Assembly (NCBI GenBank): GCA_002189035.1
Contig: NEEC01000144.1
Span: forward strand, 1 to 64,000
From: Utricularia gibba
Lineage: Eukaryota; Plantae; Magnoliophyta
Length of the DNA: 64,000 nucleotides
Direction of reading: 5' to 3'
The notes under the pieces were generated by a model. It saw nothing but the letters and a program-made list of their open reading frames with translations. It made no database searches and was not told the origin of the DNA. Both the position numbers and the translations under genes were made by a program. How positions within the stretch are numbered: position 1 is the first letter of the stretch; every line of letters begins with the position of its first letter. This document shows positions 55,235-64,000 of this stretch, piece after piece.

Positions 55235-57389
55235 GGCACCCCAAATGGTTTTCTTGTCCACAAGCTTTATATTTGAGGAGGCGCTCTCGAGGGGCACCAG
55301 GATCGGGCCGGAGGTCAGGTCGGGCTCGGCCCCATAGTCATTTGTAGCCCGGCAAAAATGTGATCCATTTATTAACGTTGGGTTTTCGGCACCGCCTACA
55401 GTTTGTGAAGGAAAAGCTTGTCGTTTTTGGGTGGGTGCTGTTGTTCGGAACTTCGTCCGGACCCAAGTTCGGTTCGACTCCTGAGCCCAATCGGTCCTAT
55501 TCGACGAAAATCGTGATGCATTTTTTGAAGTTAGGATGTCATGAGCACCCCAAATGGTTTTCTCAACCACATGCTTTTTATTTGAGGAGGCGCTCTCGAG
55601 GGGCACTAGGATCGGGCCGGAGGTCATATCGATCTCGGGCCCATAGTCATTTGTAGCCCGGCAAAAAAAGTGATCCATTTATTAACGTTGGGTTTTCGGC
55701 AGCTGTGGTTTCTGAAGGAAAAGCTTGTCGTTTTTGGGTGGGTGCTTTTTGGGAACTTCGTCCGGACCCAAGGTTCGGTTCGACTCCTGAGCCCAATGGG
55801 GTCCTATTCGACGAAAATGTGATGCATTTTTTGAAGTTAGGATGTTGGCACCAAATGGTTTTCTCAACCACATGCTTTTATTTGAGGAGGCGCTCTCGAG
55901 GGGCACTAGGATCTGGCCGGAGGTCGGTCGAACTCGGGCCCATAGTCATTTGTAGCCCGGCAAAAAAAGTGATCCATTTATTAACGTTGGGTTTTCGGCA
56001 GCTGCCTACATGGTTTCTGAAGGAAAAGCTTGTCGTTTTTGGGTGGGTGCTGTTGTTTCGGAACTTCGTCCGGACCCAAGGTTCGGTTCGACTCCTGAGC
56101 CCAATGGGTCCTATTCGACGAAAATCGTGATGCATTTTTTGAAGTTAGGATGTCATGAGCACCCCAAATGGTTTTCTCAACCACAAGCTTTTATTTGAGG
56201 AGGCGCTCTCGAGGGGCACTAGGATCTGGCCGGAGGTCAGGTCGAACTCGGGCCTAGTCATTTTGTAGCCCGGCAAAAAAGTGATCCATTTATTAACGTT
56301 GGGTTTTCGGCAGCTGCCTACATGGTTTCTGAAGGAAAAGCTTGTCGTTTTTGGGTGGGTGCTGTTGTTCGGAACTTCGTCCGGACCCAAGGTTCGGTTC
56401 GACTCCTGAGCCCAATCGGGTCCTATTCGACGAAATCGTGATGCATTTTTAAAGTTAGGATGTCATGAGCACCCCAAATGGTTTTCTCATCCACAAGCTT
56501 TATTTGAGGAGGCGCTCTCGAGGGGCACTAGGATCGGGCCGGAGGTCGGGTCGGGCTCGGCCATAGTCATTTGTAGCCCGGCAAAAAAAGTGATCCATTT
56601 ATTAACGTTGGGTTTTCGGCAGCTGCCTACATGGTTTCTGAAGGAAAAGCTTGTCGTTTTTGGGTGGGTGCTTTTGTTGGGAACTTCGTCCGGACCCAAG
56701 GTTCGGTTCGACTCTGAGCCCAATGGGGTCCTATTCGACGAAAATCGTGATGCATTTTTTGAAGTTAGGATGTCATGGGCACCCAAATGGTTTTCTTGTC
56801 CACAAGCTTTATATTTGAGGAGGCGCTCTCGAGGGGCACTAGGATCGGGCCGGAGGTCGGGTCGAACTCGGGCCCATAGTCATTTGTAGCCGGCAAAAAA
56901 TGTGATCCATTTATTAACGTTGGGTTTTTCGGCAGCCTACATGGTTTGTGAAGGAAAAGCTTGTCGTTTTTGGGTGGGTGCTGTTGTTGGGAACTTCGTC
57001 CGGACCCAAGGTTCGGTTCGACTCCTGAGCCCAATCGGGTCCTATTCGACGAAAATCGTGATGCATTTTTTGAAGTTAGGATGTCATGAGCACCAAATGG
57101 TTTTCTCCACAAGCTTTTTATTTGAGGAGGCGCTCTCGAGGGGCACTAGGATCGGGCCGGAGGTCATATCGATCTCGGCCCATAGTCATTTGTAGCCCGG
57201 CAAAAAAAGTGATCCATTATTAACGTTGGGTTTTCGGCAGCTGCCATGGTTTCTGAAGGAAAAGCTTGTCGTTTTTGGTTGGGTGCTTTCATTGGGAACT
57301 TCGTCCGGACCCAAGGTTCGGTTCGACTCCTGAGCCCAATGGGTCCTATTCGACGAAATCGTGATGCATTTTGAAGTTAGGATGTCATG
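55235..57389 (+). repeat. 5-monomer duplication unit (a-b-f-g-d)
   Basis: Monomers at about 55235 and 56778 both have CATGG(G)CACC, AAAAATGTGA and GTTTGTGAAGG, and each is followed by a CATATCGATCTC monomer (55625, 57165). Confidence 0.6.
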
Positions 57390-60300
57390 AGCACCCCAAA
57401 TGGTTTTCTCAACCACATGCTTTTATTTGAGGAGGCGCTCTCGAGGGGCACTAGGATCTGGCCGGAGGTCGGGTCGAACTCGGCCCATAGTCATTTGTAG
57501 CCCGGCAAAAAAAGTGATCCATTTATTAACGTTGGGTTTTCGGCAGCTGCCTACATGGTTTCTGAAGGAAAAGCTTGTCGTTTTTGGGTGGGTGCTGTTG
57601 TTGGAAATTCGTCCGGACCCAAGGTTTCGTTCGACTCCTGAGCCCAATCGGGTCCTATTCGACGAAAATCGTGATGCATTTTTTGAAGTTAGGATGTCAT
57701 GAGCACCCAAATGGTTTTCTCAACCACAAGCTTTATATTTGAGGAGGCGCTCTCGAGGGGCACTAGGATCGGGCCGGAGGTCATTCGAACTCGGGCCCAT
57801 AGTCATTTGTAGCCCGGCAAAAAAAGTGATCCATTTATTAACGTTGGGTTTTCGGCAGCTGCCTACATGGTTTCTGAAGGAAAAGCTTGTCGTTTTTGGG
57901 TGGGTGCTTTGTTGGGAACTTCGTCCGGACCCAAGGTTCGGTTCGACTCCTGAGCCCAATCGGGTCCTATTCGACGAAAATCGTGATGCATTTTTGAAGT
58001 TAGGATGTCATGAGCACCCCAAATGGTTTTCTCACCACAAGCTTTATATTTGAGGAGGCGCTCTCGAGGGCACTAGGATCGGCCGGAGGTCGGTCGGGCT
58101 CGGGCCCATAGTCATTTGTAGCCCGGCAAAAAAAGTGATCCATTTATTAACGTTGGGTTTTCGGCAGCTGCCTACATGGTTTCTGAAGGAAAAGCTTGTC
58201 GTTTTTGGGTGGGTGCTTTGTTGGAAGTTCGTCCGGACCCAAGGTTCGGTTCGACTCCTGAGCCCAATCGGGTCCTATTCGACGAAAATCGTGATGCATT
58301 TTTGAAGTTAGGATGTCATGAGCACCCCAAATGGTTTTCTCATCCACAAGCTTTATATTTGAGGAGGCGCTCTCGAGGGGCACTAGGATCGGGCCGGAGG
58401 TCAGGTCGGGCTCGGGCCCATAGTCATTTGTAGCCCGGCAAAAAAAGTGATCCATTTATAACGTTGGGTTTTCGGCAGCTGCCTACATGGTTTCTGAAGG
58501 AAAAGCTTGTCGTTTTTGGGTGGGTGCTGTTGTTGGGAACTTCGTCCGGACCCAAGGTTCGGTTCGACTCCTGAGCCCAATGGGGTCCTATTCGACGAAA
58601 ATCGTGATGCATTTTTTGAAGTTAGGATGTCATGAGCACCCCAAATGGTTTTCTTGTCCACAAGCTTTATATTTGAGGAGGCGCTCTCGAGGGGCACTAG
58701 GATCGGCCGGAGGTCGGGTCGATCGGGCCCATAGTCATTTGTAGCCCGGCAAAAAAAGTGATCCATTTATTAACGTTGGGTTTTCGGCAGCTGCCTACAT
58801 GGTTTCTGAAGGAAAAGCTTGTCGTTTTTGGGTGGGTGCTTTGTTGGGAAGTTCATCCGGACCCAAGGTTCGTTCGACTCCTGAGCCCAATCGGGTCCTA
58901 TTCGACGAAAATCGTGATGCATTTTTGAAGTTAGGATGTCATGAGCACCCCAAATGGTTTTCTCAACCACAAGCTTTTTATTTGAGGAGGCGCTCTCGAG
59001 GGCACTAGGATCGGCCGGAGGTCGGGTCGAACTCGGGCCCATAGTCATTTGTAGCCCGGCAAAAAAAGTGATCCATTTATTAACGTTGGGTTTTCGGCAG
59101 CTGCCTACATGGTTTCTGAAGGAAAAGCTTGTCGTTTTTGGGTGGGTGCTTTGTTGGGAACTTCGTCCGGACCCAAGGTTCGGTTCGACTCCTGAGCCCA
59201 ATGGGGTCCTATTCGACGAAAATCGTGATGCATTTTTTGAAGTTAGGATGTCATGAGCACCCCAAATGGTTTTCTCATCCACAAGCTTTATATTTGAGGA
59301 GGCGCTCTCGAGGGCACCGGGATCGGGCCGGAGGTCGGGTCGGGCTCGGCCCCATAGTCATTTGTAGCCCGGCAAAAAAAGTGATCCATTTATTAACGTT
59401 GGGTTTTCGGCAGCTGCCTACATGGTTTCTGAAGGAAAAGCTTGTCGTTTTTGGGTGGGTGCTTTGTTGGAATTCGTCCGGACCCAAGGTTCGGTTCGAC
59501 TCCTGAGCCCAATCGGGTCCTATTCGACGAAAATCGTGATGCATTTTTTGAAGTTAGGATGTCATGAGCACCCAAATGGTTTTCTCATCCACAAGCTTTA
59601 TATTTGAGGAGGCGCTCTCGAGGGGCACCGGGATCGGGCCGGAGGTCGGGTCGGGCTCGGCCCATAGTCATTTGTAGCCCGGCAAAAAAAGTGATCCATT
59701 TATTAACGTTGGGTTTTCGGCAGCTGCCTACATGGTTTCTGAAGGAAAAGCTTGTCGTTTTTGGGTGGGTGCTGTTTTTTGGAATTCGTCCGGACCCAAG
59801 GTTCGGTTCGACTCCTGAGCCCAATCGGGTCCTATTCGACGAAAATCGTGATGCATTTTTGAAGTTAGGATGTCATGAGCACCCCAAATGGTTTTCTTGT
59901 CCACAAGCTTTATATTTGAGGAGGCGCTCTCGAGGGGCACTAGGATCGGCCGGAGGTCGGGTCGAACTCGGGCCCATAGTCATTTGTAGCCCGGCAAAAA
60001 AAGTGATCCATTTATTAACGTTGGGTTTTCGGCAGCTGCCTACATGTTTCTGAAGGAAAAGCTTGTCGTTTTTGGGTGGGTGCTTTGTTGGGAATTCGTC
60101 CGGACCCAAGGTTCGGTTCGACTCCTGAGCCCAATGGGGTCCTATTCGACGAAAATCGTGATGCATTTTTTGAAGTTAGGATGTCATGAGCACCCCAAAT
60201 GGTTTTCTTGTCCACAAGCTTTATATTTGAGGAGGCGCTCTCGAGGGGCACTAGGATCGGGCCGGAGGTCGGTCGGGCTCGGCCCATAGTCATTTGTAGC

Positions 60301-60501
60301 CCGGCAAAAAAAGTGATCCATTTATTAACGTTGGGTTTTCGGCACCTGCCTACATGGTTTCTGAAGGAAAAGCTTGTCGTTTTTGGGTGGGTGCTGTTGT
60401 TCGGAAATTCGTCCGGACCCAAGGTTCGGTTCGACTCCTGAGCCCAATCGGGTCCTATTCGACGAAAATCGTGATGCATTTTTTGAAGTTAGGATGTCAT
60501 G

Positions 60502-63500
60502 AGCACCCCAAATGGTTTTCTCAACCACATGCTTTATTTGAGGAGGCGCTCTCGAGGGGCACTAGGATCGGGCCGGAGGTCATATCGATCTCGGGCCCAT
60601 AGTCATTTGTAGCCCGGCAAAAAAAGTGATCCATTTATTAACGTTGGGTTTTCGGCAGCTGCCTACATGGTTTCTGAAGGAAAAGCTTGTCGTTTTTGGG
60701 TGGGTGCTTTTTTGGGAACTTCGTCCGGACCCAAGGTTCGGTTCGACTCCTGAGCCCAATGGGGTCCTATTCGACGAAAATCGTGATGCATTTTTTGAAG
60801 TTAGGATGTCATGAGCACCCCAAATGGTTTTCTTGTCCACAAGCTTTATATTTGAGGAGGCGCTCTCGAGGGGCACCAGGATCGGGCCGGAGGTCAGGTC
60901 GGGCTCGGCCCCATAGTCATTTGTAGCCCGGCAAAAAAAGTGATCCATTTATTAACGTTGGGTTTTCGGCAGCTGCCTACATGGTTTCTGAAGGAAAAGC
61001 TTGTCGTTTTTGGGTGGGTGCTTTGTTGGAAATTCGTCCGGACCCAAGGTTCGGTTCGACTCCTGAGCCCAATCGGGTCCTATTCGACGAAAATCGTGAT
61101 GCATTTTTGAAGTTAGGATGTCATGAGCACCCCAAATGGTTTTCTCAACCACAAGCTTTATATTTGAGGAGGCGCTCTCGAGGGGCACTAGGATCGGCCG
61201 GAGGTCGGGTCGAACTCGGGCCCATAGTCATTTGTAGCCCGGCAAAAAAAGTGATCCATTTATTAACGTTGGGTTTTCGGCAGCTGCCTACATGGTTTCT
61301 GAAGGAAAAGCTTGTCGTTTTTGGGTGGGTGCTGTTGTTCGGAACTTCGTCCGGACCCAAGGTTCGGTTCGACTCCTGAGCCCAATCGGGTCCTATTCGA
61401 CGAAAATCGTGATGCATTTTTTGAAGTTAGGATGTCATGAGCACCCCAAATGGTTTTCTCAACCACAAGCTTTTTATTTGAGGAGGCGCTCTCGAGGGGC
61501 ACTAGGATCGGGCCGGAGGTCATATCGATCTCGGGCCCATAGTCATTTGTAGCCCGGCAAAAAAAGTGATCCATTTATTAACGTTGGGTTTTCGGCAGCT
61601 GCCTACATGGTTTCTGAAGGAAAAGCTTGTCGTTTTTGGGTGGGTGCTTTGTTGGGAACTCGTCCGGACCCAAGGTTCGGTTCGACTCCTGAGCCCAATG
61701 GGGTCCTATTCGACGAAAATCGTGATGCATTTTTTGAAGTTAGGATGTCATGAGCACCCCAAATGGTTTTCTGTCCACAAGCTTTATATTTGAGGAGGCG
61801 CTCTCGAGGGGCACCAGGATCGGGCCGAGGTCAGGTCGGGCTCGGCCCCATAGTCATTTGTAGCCCGGCAAAAAAGTGATCCATTTATTAACGTTGGGTT
61901 TTCGGCACTGCCTACATGGTTTCTGAAGGAAAAGCTTGTCGTTTTTGGGTGGGTGCTTTGTTCGGAAATTCGTCCGGACCAAGGTTTCGGTTCGACTCCT
62001 GAGCCCCAATCGGGTCCTATTCGACGAAAATCGTGATGCATTTTTGAAGTTAGGATGTCATGAGCACCCCAAAATGGTTTTCTCAACACATGCTTTTTAT
62101 TTGAGGAGGCGCTCTCGAGGGGCACTAGGATCGGCCGGAGGTCGGGTCGAACTCGGGCCCATAGTCATTTGTAGCCCGGCAAAAAAAGTGATCCATTTAT
62201 TAACGTTGGGTTTTCGGCACCTGCCTACATGTTTCTGAAGGAAAAGCTTGTCGTTTTTGGGTGGGTGCTGTTGTTCGGAACTTCGTCCGGACCCAAGGTT
62301 CGGTTCGACTCCTGAGCCCAATCGGGTCCTATTCGACGAAAATCGTGATGCATTTTTTGAAGTTAGGATGTCATGAGCACCCCAAATGGTTTTCTCAACC
62401 ACATGCTTTTTATTTGAGGAGGCGCTCTCGAGGGGCACTAGGATCGGGCCGGAGGTCATATCGATCTCGGGCCCATAGTCATTTGTAGCCCGGCAAAAAA
62501 AGTGATCCATTTATTAACGTTGGGTTTTCGGCAGCTGCCTACATGGTTTCTGAAAAAGCTTGTCGTTTTTGGGAGGGTGCTGTTGTTGGGAACTTCGTCC
62601 GGACCCAAGGTTCGGTTCGACTCCTGAGCCCAATGGGTCCTATTCGACGAAAATCGTGATGCATTTTTTGAAGTTAGGATGTCATGGCACCCCCAAATGG
62701 TTTTCTTGTCCACAAGCTTTATATTTGAGGAGGCGCTCTCGAGGGCACTAGGATCTGGCCGGAGGTCGGGTCGAACTCGGGCCCATAGTCATTTGTAGCC
62801 CGGCAAAAAAAGTGATCCATTTATTAACGTTGGGTTTTCGGCAGCTGCCTACATGTTTCTGAAGGAAAAGCTTGTCGTTTTTGGGTGGGTGCTTTCGTTG
62901 GGAATTCATCCGGACCCAAGGTTCGTTCGACTCCTGAGCCCAATGGGGTCCTATTCGACGAAAATCGTGATGCATTTTTTGAAGTTAGGATGTCATGAGC
63001 ACCCCAAATGGTTTCTTGTCCACAAGCTTTATATTTGAGGAGGCGCTCTCGAGGGCACCAGGATCGGGCCGGAGGTCAGGTCGGGCTCGGCCCCATAGTC
63101 ATTTGTAGCCCGGCAAAAAAAGTGATCCATTTTAACGTTGGGTTTTCGGCAGCTGCCTACATGGTTTCTGAAGGAAAAGCTTGTCGTTTTTGGGTGGGGT
63201 GCTGTTGTTCGGAACTTCGTCCGGACCCAAGGTTCGGTTCGACTCCTGAGCCCAATCGGGTCCTATTCGACGAAAATCGTGATGCATTTTTTGAAGTTAG
63301 GATGTCATGAGCACCCCAAATGGTTTTCTCAACCACATGCTTTTTATTTGAGGAGGCGCTCTCGAGGGGCACTAGGATCGGGCCGGAGGTCGTCGATCTC
63401 GGCCCATAGTCATTTGTAGCCCGGCAAAAAAGTGATCCATTTATTAACGTTGGGTTTTCGGCAGCTGCCTACATGGTTTCTGAAGGAAAAGCTTGTCGTT

Positions 63501-63590
63501 TTTGGTGGTGCTTTTTGGGAACTTCGTTCGGACCCAATCCGGTCCTATTCGACGAAAATCGTGATGCATTTTTGAAGTTAGGATGTCATG
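60502..63590 (+). repeat. Local trimer periodicity marked by the CATATCGATCTC haplotype
   Basis: The marker lies at 60581, 61521, 62457 and (degenerate CGTCGATCTC) 63391, spacings 940/936/934. Monomers 60502-61439 and 61440-62374 match type for type. Confidence 0.65.
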
Positions 63591-64000
63591 AGCACCCCAA
63601 ATGGTTTTCTCATCCACAAGCTTTATATTTGAGGAGGCGCTCTCGAGGGCACCGGGATCGGCCGGAGGTCGGGTCGGGCTCGGGCCCATAGTCATTTGTA
63701 GCCCGGCAAAAAAAGTGATCCATTTATTAACGTTGGGTTTTCGGCAGCTGCCTACATGGTTTCTGAAGGAAAAGCTTGTCGTTTTTGGGTGGGTGCTGTT
63801 GTTCGGAACTTCGTCCGGACCCAAGGTTCGGTTCGACTCCTGAGCCCAATCGGGTCCTATTCGACGAAAATCGTGATGCATTTTTTGAAGTTAGGATGTC
63901 ATGAGCACCCCAAATGGTTTTCTTGTCCACAAGCTTTATATTTGAGGAGGCGCTCTCGAGGGGCACTAGGATCGGCCGGAGGTCGGGTCGAACTCGGGCC

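Larger units (their letters stand above)
6100..63545 (+). other. Nine dispersed short (about 285-bp) monomers carrying a shared 25-26 bp deletion
   Basis: The junction CGTTCG(G)AC(C)CAAT replaces CGTCCGGACCCAAGGTTCGGTTCGACTCCTGAGCCCAAT near 6125, 9825, 14144, 28971, 30500, 36375, 39120, 54243 and 63533. Confidence 0.9.
1..64000 (+). repeat. Tandem satellite DNA array, about 207 copies of an approximately 315-bp monomer, putative centromeric/heterochromatic; runs off both window edges
   Basis: The landmark (G)AGCACCCCAAATGG recurs at 1, 312, 619, 928, 1241, 1552, 1862, 2172 ... 63591, 63904, always on the + strand with no intervening unique sequence. Hand consensus, A half: agcaccccaaatggttttcttgtccacaagctttatatttgaggaggcgctctcgaggggcactaggatcgggccggaggtcgggtcgaactcgggcccatagtcatttgtagcccggcaaaaaaagtgatccatttattaacgttgggttttcggc (157 bp). 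B half: agctgcctacatggtttctgaaggaaaagcttgtcgtttttgggtgggtgcttttgttgggaacttcgtccggacccaaggttcggttcgactcctgagcccaatcgggtcctattcgacgaaaatcgtgatgcattttttgaagttaggatgtcatg (158 bp). The centromeric role is an inference from size class only. Confidence 0.98.

Noticed and set aside
13011-55860. Locally garbled patches (about 13011-13025, 16541-16565, 18391-18405, 45771-45800, 45961-45980, 49958-49970, 55691-55710, 55811-55860)
   Set aside because: Each occurs once and is short, consistent with low-quality basecalls rather than insertions or footprints.
125-63966. Hundreds of 60-250 aa ORFs on both strands
   Set aside because: All are frame-shifted translations of the same satellite monomer, with no gene-like context or known protein similarity.
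1-64000. CRISPR array interpretation (constant repeats with variable segments)
   Set aside because: The variable segments are point variants of one sequence, not unique spacers. The unit is about 315 bp and there are no cas genes.
1-64000. rDNA intergenic subrepeats, 5S/tRNA arrays or telomeric repeats
   Set aside because: No rRNA or tRNA sequence, Pol III A/B/C boxes or telomere motifs were recognised in the monomer.

Overview
The whole 64 kb window is one uninterrupted, head-to-tail tandem satellite array, read by hand: about 207 complete monomers plus a partial one, all in the same orientation. The observed period is about 307-314 bp. The inferred error-free monomer is about 315 bp and about 50% GC. 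I found no genes, RNA genes, mobile elements or CRISPR arrays; every ORF in the track is a translation of the repeat. Each monomer is an old, diverged dimer of 157 bp and 158 bp subunits (about 60% identical by hand alignment), a nucleosome-length size class typical of centromeric or heterochromatic satellites. Variant patterns suggest a methylated, probably plant, genome, but I do not recognise the family. Monomers fall into recurring haplotypes that form local higher-order repeats (HORs): trimers at about 14.8-20.4 kb and 60.5-63.6 kb, 5-mers at about 28.7-30.9 kb and 55.2-57.4 kb, and a variable 6/10/10/8-mer HOR at about 40.4-53.4 kb. Nine monomers share a 25-26 bp deletion that removes the loop of a hairpin between two CCCAA microhomologies. 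Pervasive homopolymer shortening indicates uncorrected long-read-type error, so singleton differences should not be trusted.
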